Below, piece after piece: positions 25,515 to 34,112 of a stretch of DNA of 35,718 nucleotides. The position numbers and the translations under genes are program-made. Origin of the DNA: Thermodesulfobacteriota bacterium (GTDB taxonomy: Bacteria > Desulfobacterota > Binatia > DP-6); assembly GCA_046727715.1 (NCBI GenBank), contig JBKPDC010000280.1, positions 1-35,718 of the forward strand. The letters are read 5' to 3'. The notes beneath the pieces are model-generated. The model ran no database searches. It had not been told where the DNA came from and saw only the letters and a program-made list of their open reading frames with translations. Position 1 is the stretch's first letter. Each line of letters opens with the position of its first letter.

Positions 25515-26461
25515 AGCAGCGCTCGGATGTCGTCCGACGACCGGTACCCGAGAAAGCGGACGCGGTCGGCGACGTCGAGGCGGCGCGCTTCGGCTTCGAG
25601 CGTGGCCCGCTCGGGCCCGTCGCCGGCGAGGACCAGCTCGACGTCGGGATGACGTTCGCGGAGACGCCCGAGCGCCGCCAGGACCACGGGAATCCCCTTC
25701 ACGCGCGCCAGGCGGCCGGTGAAGAGCAGCCGGCGCCCGGAACCCCGGTGCGAACGTGGCACGTACTCGGTCGGATCGACACCGCAATGCACGATGGGCA
25801 TGCGGCCCCAGCGTTCGACCGGCGTCCAGATGAGGACCTGGCTGCGGCAGAAGCGGCTGATGCAGGCGACGAACAGGGCGCGCGAGAATTTGGCGTCGAG
25901 TCGCCACCAGTCGGGCGCCCAGAAGATGTCGGGGCCGTGCTCCGAGAGGCTGAAGGTGAATCCCCCCAGTTCGGCGGTCAGCATCGCCACGGTACCGCTC
26001 GAGCTCGCGAAGTGATTGTGCAGGTGAACCAGCCCGCGCGCCCGCATGTGCTCCGCGATGATGCCCGCCTCGGCGAAGTAGGCGAGCTGCCGCAGCGACG
26101 CGGCCAGCCCCGGTGGGCGCGTGTTCCAGGCGAGCCGGAGCGCGCCGAGCCAGCGCCCGGGCGCCCGGCCGAGGAGGCGCGCGTGCGAGCCGAGCAGGCG
26201 GCCGAGCGACGGCGGCAGGACCACGAAGATCCGCTCGGCCTCCTCGCGCTGGGCATCGTTGACGGCCTCGCCCGGGTCCGCGAGGCCGCGAATCGTGACG
26301 GTCTCGATGTGGAAGCCCAGCCGGCGCAGCGCGCTGACCTCCCGGTGGATGAAGACGAAGGGGGAGAGTCGCAGGTACTCCCCCGTCATGTAGGCGATCC
26401 GCGGGCGCTCCGGAGCGGCCTCCGACAGGTCCGCTGGAGCCAGGCTACTGCGGCGCGACAC
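25130..26461 (-). CDS. GT4 glycosyltransferase (WcaL-like subfamily)
   Basis: RIAY...FIHREV..L, HLHNHFA, SEHGPDIF, VHCGVD, GRLARVKG, GDGPER, FVLPSFAEGVPVVLMEAMASG (E-x7-E). Confidence 0.92.
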   Translation of the reverse strand: MSRRSSLAPADLSEAAPERPRIAYMTGEYLRLSPFVFIHREVSALRRLGFHIETVTIRGLADPGEAVNDAQREEAERIFVVLPPSLGRLLGSHARLLGRAPGRWLGALRLAWNTRPPGLAASLRQLAYFAEAGIIAEHMRARGLVHLHNHFASSSGTVAMLTAELGGFTFSLSEHGPDIFWAPDWWRLDAKFSRALFVACISRFCRSQVLIWTPVERWGRMPIVHCGVDPTEYVPRSHRGSGRRLLFTGRLARVKGIPVVLAALGRLRERHPDVELVLAGDGPERATLEAEARRLDVADRVRFLGYRSSDDIRALLQETDVFVLPSFAEGVPVVLMEAMASGVPVVTTRVAGVSELVEDGVSGFVVPPGDVEALTRAIDTLFADAALRERFGAAGRRMVEREFDVGREAVWLAEVFSSVLAGAEPPLRPKSSSEPVAANAPRT

Positions 26462-28463
26462 TCAAGAGCTGCGGTGCCGCCGGCCGGCCTGTCGTTGGCA
26501 GCGTGGTCGTCGGCGGGGCGCCGGTGCCACGGGCGTAGGCGCCGCGGTCGCGGGTCGTCCGCGACGCCCCGGTGACGTCGGCAGGGGCGAGATGGGCCTG
26601 ATCGCCAGACCCGGCGGCCGGGGAGCTTGCCGTCAACCGGAAGTCCGGCGGCGTCCCGTTGGGGTTCACGAGCAGTGGATCCTGTTGCAGGTCGCCGGCG
26701 CCGTAGCCGTACTGCGTGTTTGCGCCAATGAATTCGGCCACCGTTCCCGCGACGCCGAAGCCGTACTGGACGATCTTCTGGGTCGAGGGGGACCACATGA
26801 TGTTGTAGCCCTCGCTGTTGGTGGTGGGCTTGATCGGAAAGATGCTGCTCTGCCCGTACAGCGCCAGGGCCCACTTGTCGAGGCACGTGCCGTCCTGACA
26901 CACGGACGCATTGCTGGTGCAGTCTGCGCCCTGGTTGGTCGATTGCCAACACGTGCGCTCGCTGCGGGGAACGAGGATGTTGTTCCAGAACGACGAGCGA
27001 TTCGTGAACGCGGTGATCTCGCCCCCGCTCGGGCGGCGCATGTTCTGCCAGCACGTGTTGTTGCGCACCGTGGCGCCGTCCGCCTTGAAGATCGAGATGC
27101 AGTTGCCTTCATTGTTGTAGATCAGATTGCTCTCGATCAGGAAGTTGCCGGCGTCACCGGGATCGCAGCAGTCCCCCGCGCCGGAGCCCGTGCAGCACGC
27201 GTAGGGTTGCCCCGCACCGGTACAGGAACTGGCGCAGACGGGGTCCTGTGTCCAGCCGCAGTTCGTGGTGGGCTTGTTGGCGGGCGTGCAGGTGCCCTTG
27301 GCGACGTCGAGGATGAGGCCGTGTCCCTCGGTGTCGCCGTTGCATTCGCACCCGCCGGTCGCGTCGCTGCAGTTGCGGGTGACGCACTGGTTGCTCTGGC
27401 AGTCGCTGTCGGCCCCGCACGCGCAGCCGTAGCCCTGCGGGCGCGCCGCGACCTTGTTCGTGTACTGGTCGTACATGCAGGCGTTGGTGTTGGACGTCGA
27501 GCCGCCACAGACCTTCGGCACGCAGAAGGGCGGCGGGTCGTCCTGGTTGCTGTAGATCACGTTGCCCCGGATGACGTTGGCACCCTCGTTCTTGCCCACC
27601 GCGTTCCAGAAGTTCACCGCGGACGTCCACCCGTGCGTCCAGTTGTCGTGCACCTTGTTGTACTCGAAGGTGACGCGGGCCGTTGCGTGCGCGTGCAACG
27701 CGCCGCCGCCGTTGTTCCCGACGAACTCGGAGTTGCGGATGGTGAGGTCGCTCACCGTCCCGATGGCCACGTGCAGGTACACCGCGTACTGCGACGGGAT
27801 GTGGCTGGCGTTGCTGGCGTTCACGTTCTGATCCCAGAACTTCCAGTTGGAGAACCTGAACCCGTCGAGCACGGTCTGGTAGCTCGGGCTGCGATCGCAG
27901 CAGTTCGGGCAGGACGCCCCGGGGCATCCCGTCGCCGCGTTGCCGTCGTCGTTGGTGCACTCCTGACCGGTCCGCGACCCGGCACGGCAGAGGCCGGTGG
28001 GTGCCACGACCCCGGCGCAGACGCCGAACACGAGCCCGTGCGGTGGGTTCAGGTTGGGGATGGCGCCCGCCGGGTCGATGACGGGAGTTTCGCCGGGTTG
28101 TGCCTTGTAGACGATCGGATTCGCCGCGGTGCCCTTCTTCACCAGCTCCAGGACGCAGCTGCCCGAGCAGTTGGGGTTGACGTCGCAGGTCATGCGCTCG
28201 CTGTAGGTGCCGCCGCGCACCGTGACCTGGTCGCCTGCTCGCGCCGCCTGGCCGGCGGCGCCCAGCGTGCACCAGGGCTTGGCGCCGTTCGCCGCGGCGT
28301 TGTCGGCCGCCGAATAGCTGTCGTTGCAGGGTCCGCCCCTGGAATCGTGATCGACCCATACGGTGCGCAGCGGCGCCGCGAACGCCGGCCAACCGGCGAG
28401 CAGCATGAGCAGGCAGCCCAGAAGGGCGCGGGCAGGGACGGGAGGCAGCGACGTGACGTTCAT
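26445..28463 (-). CDS. Secreted right-handed parallel beta-helix protein with Cys-rich insertions and choice-of-anchor-Q-like C-terminus
   Basis: Signal peptide (...PAFA/AP). KPWCTL..A...AGDQVTVRGGTY, GT..NPI...PGETPVID, PbH1-like repeats (IRNSEF, EYNKVHDN, IRGNVIYSN, IESNLIYNN, VRNNT, WNNI), DPLL...DFRLTASSPA...D..G..R..DRGAY. GAGGA RBS. Confidence 0.85.
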   Translation of the reverse strand: MNVTSLPPVPARALLGCLLMLLAGWPAFAAPLRTVWVDHDSRGGPCNDSYSAADNAAANGAKPWCTLGAAGQAARAGDQVTVRGGTYSERMTCDVNPNCSGSCVLELVKKGTAANPIVYKAQPGETPVIDPAGAIPNLNPPHGLVFGVCAGVVAPTGLCRAGSRTGQECTNDDGNAATGCPGASCPNCCDRSPSYQTVLDGFRFSNWKFWDQNVNASNASHIPSQYAVYLHVAIGTVSDLTIRNSEFVGNNGGGALHAHATARVTFEYNKVHDNWTHGWTSAVNFWNAVGKNEGANVIRGNVIYSNQDDPPPFCVPKVCGGSTSNTNACMYDQYTNKVAARPQGYGCACGADSDCQSNQCVTRNCSDATGGCECNGDTEGHGLILDVAKGTCTPANKPTTNCGWTQDPVCASSCTGAGQPYACCTGSGAGDCCDPGDAGNFLIESNLIYNNEGNCISIFKADGATVRNNTCWQNMRRPSGGEITAFTNRSSFWNNILVPRSERTCWQSTNQGADCTSNASVCQDGTCLDKWALALYGQSSIFPIKPTTNSEGYNIMWSPSTQKIVQYGFGVAGTVAEFIGANTQYGYGAGDLQQDPLLVNPNGTPPDFRLTASSPAAGSGDQAHLAPADVTGASRTTRDRGAYARGTGAPPTTTLPTTGRPAAPQLLSVAPQ

Positions 28464-28495
28464 CGTGAGGTTCCTCTCCGGTCGGCCATCAGAGT

Positions 28496-28511
28496 CGCAG
28501 ACGGTCTGCCA
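28496..28511 (-). promoter_or_regulatory. sigma54 -24/-12 promoter of the inverted cassette
   Basis: Minus strand reads TGGCAGACCGTCTGCG (GG-N10-GC). Predicted +1 near 28485, just upstream of the RBS of the beta-helix gene. Confidence 0.5.
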
Positions 28512-28677
28512 AGCCCGCGCGGTCAGGCCGACGCAAGCGCTGGTGCGGTGACGTCTCTTAGGAGGTACGGAGCCGCCGTTCGTAGTTCATCCGGGGGACC
28601 CGGGCAAGGGGACCAAAGTAGTAGGATGCGACGAAAATCGTTCATATCTGCCAGCTTTCAGCGGAGGTGGGGCTGAG

Positions 28678-29592
28678 ATGCGGCCGGCGACGATCGCGAG
28701 CGTCCTGGCGTGCACCGCCTGTCAGGGGCCGCTCGACGGGTCCGGGGGCTCCGACCTCTCCTGCTGCGACTGCGGGCGCGTCACACCCCGCCTGGCTGAC
28801 GGCCGGTGGGACTTTCGGCTCGCTCCCGGCGACCAGTTGACGTATCGACGCCACTACTCGCCCCAGAGCTACGCGAAGGCCCTCGAGATGCCACTGCACA
28901 TCGAGCGGCCGAGCCACTCGCCGCGCAATCGATTCGACGGGGTCGTCCCGGTTCACCTGACGCCCGCACAGGTGTCGTACCTGCCCGAAGGCGGCGCGGG
29001 TCAGATCGCGCTCGACCTCGGCTGCGGGCACGGGCGACAGCGGCCGGTCCTCGAAAAGCTCGGGTACGACGTGTACGCCGTGGATTTCGAGGGCGCGGCC
29101 GCGGACGACCTGGTCGACGCGCACGCCCTGCCGCTTCGCGACCAATCCATCCACCTCGTCATGTCCATCGCCGTGCTGGAGCATCTGGCCGACCCGTCCC
29201 GCGCCGTCGGTGAAGTCCTGCGGGTCCTCCGGCCGGGCGGGTGCTTCCTTGGCACGGTCGCCTTCCTGGAGCCCTTCCACGACAACTCGTTCTTTCATTT
29301 CTCCCATCTCGGACTGTCGTGGGTGCTGCAGACCAATGGCTTCGAGGTCGAGACGATCTCGCCGATTCCGTCGTGGGACGTGTTGCGCGCGCAGATCGAG
29401 ATGGAGGTTGCGTCCGGATCGCGCGCCGTACGCGCCGTCGGTAAGGTCGCATCCCTGCCGCTCGTGTGGGGGCTCGAGGCGTACGGAGCGCTCGGGCGCC
29501 GCTTCGCGCGCGCGCGCCAGCGCTACGCGCGGCCGCTCCTCACCGCTCGGCACGCGGGCGCCTTCTTCTTCGTCGCGCGAAGACCGTCCTAG
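28678..29592 (+). CDS. Class I SAM-dependent methyltransferase with N-terminal zinc-ribbon (Trm112-like)
   Basis: GGAGG RBS. LACTACQGPL...CCDCG, ALDLGCG, DAHALP, VLEHL, RVLRPGG, FLEPFH. Confidence 0.88.
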   Translation: MRPATIASVLACTACQGPLDGSGGSDLSCCDCGRVTPRLADGRWDFRLAPGDQLTYRRHYSPQSYAKALEMPLHIERPSHSPRNRFDGVVPVHLTPAQVSYLPEGGAGQIALDLGCGHGRQRPVLEKLGYDVYAVDFEGAAADDLVDAHALPLRDQSIHLVMSIAVLEHLADPSRAVGEVLRVLRPGGCFLGTVAFLEPFHDNSFFHFSHLGLSWVLQTNGFEVETISPIPSWDVLRAQIEMEVASGSRAVRAVGKVASLPLVWGLEAYGALGRRFARARQRYARPLLTARHAGAFFFVARRPS

Positions 29593-29597
29593 AGACC

Positions 29598-29789
29598 TTG
29601 CGAACAGCACGAACCATCGAGGTCGCTGCGGCGACCCCGTCGCTGGCGGACGTCTACGACCCGCGGCGGAATAACTTCGAAGCGCCGTCGCTCGCGCGCA
29701 AGCCGCGGCGAGCGGTGACCGCCGCGGCCGCGCTGCCGCGCCCCACCGGCCCCGTCTGGGCCGTCACCCCGTCTGAAGGATCGTCATGA
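29598..29789 (+). pseudogene. Internally deleted acyltransferase-3 gene remnant (63 codons)
   Basis: LADVYDPRRNNF (typical AT3 N-terminus preceding D.LR) is joined in frame to EAPSLARKPRR (typical AT3 C-terminal E.P.L..K). The stop overlaps the next ATG (ATGA, 29786-29789). Confidence 0.6.
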
Positions 29790-30574
29790 GCTCTCCCCAG
29801 CTGTCGGTTGTCATCCCCGCCTATAACGAGTTCGTCCGGCTCCCGCCCTCGCTCGAGCGCATCGTCGCCTACCTCGACGAACGCGGGGTCGACTACGAGC
29901 TGCTCGTCGTCGACGACGGCTCCACGGATGGCACCGCCGCCGCCGCGGAGGCCGTCCTGGCCCCCCTGGGTGCCCGCGGGCGCGTGCTGCGCAACCCGCA
30001 GAACCTCGGCAAGGGCGCGAGCGTCCGCCGCGGCATGCTCGCCGCCCGGGGAGCGCGCGTGCTCTTCTCGGACGCCGACCTCTCGGCCCCCATCGACGAG
30101 CTCGCGAAGCTCGACCGGGCGCTCGACGGCGGGGCAGGCGTCGCCATCGGCTCGCGAGCACTCGACCGCACGCTGATCGAGGAGCGCCAGCCGTTCCCGC
30201 GCGACGCGATGGGGCGCTTGTTCAATGGCGTCGTCCGGCTCTTCGCCGTTCGGGGCATCCACGACACCCAGTGCGGCTTCAAGCTCTTCGCCGGGGACGT
30301 CGTGGGGCCGATCTTCGCCCGCACCAGGATCGACCGCTTCGGATTCGACGTCGAAGTGCTGGCGCTGGCGCAGCGGCTGGGTGTGCCGGTGGTCGAGGTC
30401 CCGGTGCGGTGGCGCAACAGCGAAGGCTCGCGCGTGACGCTCGGGCAGGGGGCGCGTGCGTTCCTCGACCCGCTCCGCGTGCGGATCGCTCTCATGCTCG
30501 GTCGATACCATCTCAAGCGGGCCGGACGCATGACCGACCGGTATCCGGCGCGCGTGCCGGCGGCGGGGCGCTGA
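29786..30574 (+). CDS. Polyprenyl-phosphate glycosyltransferase (dolichyl-phosphate beta-glucosyltransferase-like GT2)
   Basis: LSVVIPAYNE, VVDDGSTD, NLGKGASVRRG, FSDADLS, AIGSR, DTQCGFKLF, FGFDVEVL, EVPVRW. Confidence 0.92.
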   Translation: MSSPQLSVVIPAYNEFVRLPPSLERIVAYLDERGVDYELLVVDDGSTDGTAAAAEAVLAPLGARGRVLRNPQNLGKGASVRRGMLAARGARVLFSDADLSAPIDELAKLDRALDGGAGVAIGSRALDRTLIEERQPFPRDAMGRLFNGVVRLFAVRGIHDTQCGFKLFAGDVVGPIFARTRIDRFGFDVEVLALAQRLGVPVVEVPVRWRNSEGSRVTLGQGARAFLDPLRVRIALMLGRYHLKRAGRMTDRYPARVPAAGR

Positions 30575-31342
30575 ATGGTCGGAGGCTCGTCCACGGCGAC
30601 GCTGTCGGCGCTCGCCATCGCCCGGCCGATGCCGGCACGGGGCGCTGGGGTGGCCGCCACGACGGGCGCACGGCCGAGCCCGGTCGCGCGCGGGCTGCGA
30701 CTGACGCTGGCGGTCCTGCTCGCGCTGGCGGGGATCGCGCTCGCCCGTGCCGCGTGGCAGCACCGCGCGGTTCCGCTCGAGCGTCTCGGCGCGGCGCTGG
30801 TCGTTCAGGACCCTGTCGGGCGGGGGGCCGACGTCGCCGTCGTGTCGATGGCGAGCCCGCGCGGCGCGGCGCTCGACGCCGCCAAGCTCTACCGCCGCGG
30901 CCTGGTGCGTGCGGTGTGGATCCCGCGCTGGCGCGACGAGCCGGTCGACCGGCGCGTCGCGGCGCTCGGCGTGCACCCACCTCGCCACCACGAGATCGCC
31001 CGTGCCATCCTGCGGCGCGCAGGCGTCCCGGAGGCGGCGATCGTGCTGCTCGACGAGCCGGTGGATGGTCTCGAGGGCGAGATGGCGTTCGTCGGGGCGG
31101 CGCTGCGGCGCCGGCCGACGCTCCGTCCGATCGTGCTGACGGCGCGCACGCACACGGCGCGCGCGCGCGTGCTCCTGCGGGACGTGTACGCGCCCGCGGC
31201 GCGCGCGCGCGTGCGTGCGGCGCACAGTGACCGATTCGCACCGGAGCGCTGGTGGCGCGACCGCGGCGCGCTGCGTGAGGTCGCACTCGAGTACGCGAAG
31301 TGGATTGCGTTGCTCACCCGGGGGCCCTCCCGCGCGGAGTGA
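30575..31342 (+). CDS. YdcF/ElyC (DUF218) family protein
   Basis: N-terminal TM, LVVQDP...AD, A.LYRRG, GVPEAAI, VLTARTHTARA, WW...EYAK. Start could be later (about 30629). Confidence 0.75.
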   Translation: MVGGSSTATLSALAIARPMPARGAGVAATTGARPSPVARGLRLTLAVLLALAGIALARAAWQHRAVPLERLGAALVVQDPVGRGADVAVVSMASPRGAALDAAKLYRRGLVRAVWIPRWRDEPVDRRVAALGVHPPRHHEIARAILRRAGVPEAAIVLLDEPVDGLEGEMAFVGAALRRRPTLRPIVLTARTHTARARVLLRDVYAPAARARVRAAHSDRFAPERWWRDRGALREVALEYAKWIALLTRGPSRAE

Positions 31343-31356
31343 GAAGCAGGCTGCCC

Positions 31357-32871
31357 ATGTCTCCGTCACACCCAGACGACCGGCGCTTCGGCCTCCTCGC
31401 CGATTCCTGCGTCCTCGCCGCGTTCGTCGCTGCCCTCGCGCTGCGCCTGCTGCACCTCGGCGCCGCGCCTCTCTGGTTCGACGAGGTCATCACCGCCGAT
31501 TGGGTGGCGCGGCCCTGGCGCGAGATGCTGGCGCTGTGCCTCGCCGACAACCATCCGCCGCTCTACTTCGCCATCGTGAAGGCGATCCGCGACCTGCTCG
31601 GGGACGCGCCCTGGGTGTTGCGGCTGCCGAGCGCCGTCCTCGGCGCAGCGGTGGTTCCGCTCGCGGCGGCGGCGGCGGAGACGCTGGTGAACGACCGCCG
31701 CGCCGGCCGCTGGGCGGCGTGGTTCGCGGCCATGTCGCCCGTCCTGGTGCATCACGGTCAGGAAGCGCGGATGTATGCCCTCGTCGGCACGCTCGCGGCA
31801 GCGAACCTGCTCGCGCTGGTGCGGTTCACGACCGGCCGTGCGGCCCGGCTCGGCGCGCTCTTCGCCGTCACGGCCGTCGGGCTCGCCGCCAGCCACTACT
31901 ACACGGTCTTCTACCTCGGCGGTGCGGTGCTCGCGGCGGTGGCCGCACGCCCGCGCGAGCTGCGCGCGTGGCTGCCCGCGGCGGCAGTGGCGAGCACGGC
32001 GTCGACCTGCGCGCTCCTCGCGGCGGCGTTGCTGGCACGCCACCAGGCCGGCGGCAGCTACGAACTGGGTTGGGTCGCGATGCCCGGCGCGCTGTGGTCA
32101 CTCGTCTCGGGATATGCATTGCTGCCGGACACATTCGCGCTCCATGCAGAGGGGAGTCGTGCGGCGCTTCGATACCTGCCGGTGGCGCTGGCGGCGGCAC
32201 CGGCGCTCGCGACATGCGCCGTGCTCGGAGTCCGCGCCCTCGGCTGGCGGGAGCGCCTCACGGTGGTCCTGCCGATCGCGAGCGCGCTCGTCGCTCCCTT
32301 CGCGGTGCGCCTGCTGCTCGGCGTGGCGGTGAATCCCCGCTACTTCCAGTCCACCGTTCCCGCGCTTCTGGTTCTCCTCGCCGTCGGCGCGGCCGCACGC
32401 ACCACGCGGCCGTGGCTGGCGAGCCGGGCGGGCATCGCCGTGGGCGTGCTACTGGCCACCGGGACGGCGCTGCATCTGGCCGAGCCGGGGCACGGGCGCG
32501 AGGACATCAGGGCCGCGGGCGTGTGGCTCGATGCCCACGTGCCGGCCGACCAGCCGCTGCTCGTCACGTCGCGCGAGATGGCCTACCTGGCGCGCTTCCA
32601 CTGGGCCCGCCGGCCGATCGTCGAGTACCCAGCGCCACCGACCGTGGTGGATGCCGCGTTGGCGGATCAGGTGGCGGAGCGCCTGCCGTGGCGGGATGGG
32701 CGCGCGATCTACGTCTTCGGGCGCGCGTGGGTCTCGGATCCCGACGGCGCGCTCGAGCGCGACGTCCGGCGGCGCTTCACGACGTGCGGTGAGTTCGAGG
32801 GCCGCGGCATCCGAATCTATTGCCTGGACCAGACCTCGACCGCCGCCGCCCGGGCCGGAGGCAATGGGTGA
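31357..32871 (+). CDS. GT-C membrane glycosyltransferase (GT39/GT83, PMT/ArnT-like)
   Basis: LRL..L...LWFDE, DNHPPLYF, LRLPSA, QEARMY, SHYY, PRY. Multi-TM with a soluble C-terminal domain. Confidence 0.88.
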   Translation: MSPSHPDDRRFGLLADSCVLAAFVAALALRLLHLGAAPLWFDEVITADWVARPWREMLALCLADNHPPLYFAIVKAIRDLLGDAPWVLRLPSAVLGAAVVPLAAAAAETLVNDRRAGRWAAWFAAMSPVLVHHGQEARMYALVGTLAAANLLALVRFTTGRAARLGALFAVTAVGLAASHYYTVFYLGGAVLAAVAARPRELRAWLPAAAVASTASTCALLAAALLARHQAGGSYELGWVAMPGALWSLVSGYALLPDTFALHAEGSRAALRYLPVALAAAPALATCAVLGVRALGWRERLTVVLPIASALVAPFAVRLLLGVAVNPRYFQSTVPALLVLLAVGAAARTTRPWLASRAGIAVGVLLATGTALHLAEPGHGREDIRAAGVWLDAHVPADQPLLVTSREMAYLARFHWARRPIVEYPAPPTVVDAALADQVAERLPWRDGRAIYVFGRAWVSDPDGALERDVRRRFTTCGEFEGRGIRIYCLDQTSTAAARAGGNG

Positions 32872-34112
32872 CTCCGCGCGCCCGAACGGTCGCGGCGGGA
32901 CTCGCCCTGGCCGTCGTCACAGCCGTCCTCGCGTATCGCGCCGTGTGGCGCGTCAACGAGCCGGGCAGGCCGGCGGCGGAGCGCTGGGTACTGCAGGACT
33001 TCCGCGACGCCGTCTACTACCCCGTGGTCGCGTTCCTGGACGGGCGCAATCCGTACGACCAGGGTACCCAGGCGAGCGTCTATCCGGTGGGGCAGTCCTT
33101 CCCGCTCTATCTGCCCCTCACGCTCCTCGTGCATCTGCCGTTCGGCCTGCTCCCGCCGGCGGAGGCAGGCGGGACCTACTTCGCGGCGACGCTGGCCCTG
33201 ACCGGCGTGCTGGCCGCGCTCGCGATCGCCGGGACGGGGCTCGTGGTGACGCCGGCCGGCGTTCTCGGCCTCACCGCCCTGCTGCTGGCGTCTCGCCCCG
33301 GACAGATGAATCTCCTGGTCGGCCAGGTGACCGTGCAGGTCGCGATCGGATGCTACGTCGCGCTGCGCTGGGCGCGCAGTCGTCCGCTGCTCGCCGGTCT
33401 CGGCCTCGCCCTCGCCAGCCTGAAGCCGACCTACGGCGCGCCCCTCGCCGCACTGATGCTGCTCGGACGCGGCGACGCGAAGGCGACCGCCGTGGGCGTT
33501 GTCATGTCCGTGGCGCTCTGTCTGGTCGCGCTCGGGCCGCTGCTGCATGCCGCGGGCGGCATCGCGCCGTTCGTCGCGTCGCTCGGCAGCAGTGCGGCGG
33601 CCTTTGCGACGGAGGACACCAGCAACGCCTGGTCGAGCGTGGCGCGCCTCGACGTGACGGCGCTCCTGGCACGCGTGCTCGGCCGGGTGCCCGACGGCTG
33701 GATGCAGGTCGGCCTCGGGCTCGCCGTGGTCGGCGCCGGCGTGCTCGCGATGCGACGCCTCCAGGACGATCGCAGCCCCCCGAGCCGACAGCTGGAGATC
33801 GGCCTCGTGTGTCTGTCGCTCCTGATCGCCTCGTATCATCAGGCCTACGACGCCCTGCTCCTCGCGCAGCCGGCGGTGGCCCTGGCCGCGGGGCGCTGGG
33901 GTCGTGGTGCGGTGGCGCCCGCCGCTCTGCGCTGGACGGTGCTCGCGCTCATCGCCGTGCCGGCCGTCAACTACCTCGCGACCACCACCGTCGCCTCGCG
34001 CCTGAGCCCCGGTGGCCCGGTGTGGCTCGCGGTCACCGCCGCGAATCCTGCGGCGCTGCTGGCTGCCTGGGGCGTACACCTGCGGCTGGCCTGGCGCCGG
34101 GCCGCTCCGTGA
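32868..34112 (+). CDS. GT-C membrane glycosyltransferase (GT87/DUF2029-like)
   Basis: GTG after GGAGG. DFRDAVY...GRNPY, YLP...LPFGLLP, GQV, LAGL.LALASLKP, YHQAYD..LL. Confidence 0.85.
   Translation: MTPRARTVAAGLALAVVTAVLAYRAVWRVNEPGRPAAERWVLQDFRDAVYYPVVAFLDGRNPYDQGTQASVYPVGQSFPLYLPLTLLVHLPFGLLPPAEAGGTYFAATLALTGVLAALAIAGTGLVVTPAGVLGLTALLLASRPGQMNLLVGQVTVQVAIGCYVALRWARSRPLLAGLGLALASLKPTYGAPLAALMLLGRGDAKATAVGVVMSVALCLVALGPLLHAAGGIAPFVASLGSSAAAFATEDTSNAWSSVARLDVTALLARVLGRVPDGWMQVGLGLAVVGAGVLAMRRLQDDRSPPSRQLEIGLVCLSLLIASYHQAYDALLLAQPAVALAAGRWGRGAVAPAALRWTVLALIAVPAVNYLATTTVASRLSPGGPVWLAVTAANPAALLAAWGVHLRLAWRRAAP

Noticed and set aside
26592-28676. 694-aa + strand ORF
   Set aside because: Antisense shadow of the beta-helix gene (Val/Ala/Gly-rich, no motifs).
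31140-31220. Runs of (GC)n such as GCGCGCGCGCG
   Set aside because: They encode Ala-Arg repeats in frame. Expected at this GC content, and no frameshift is evident, so not called as phase-variable repeats.
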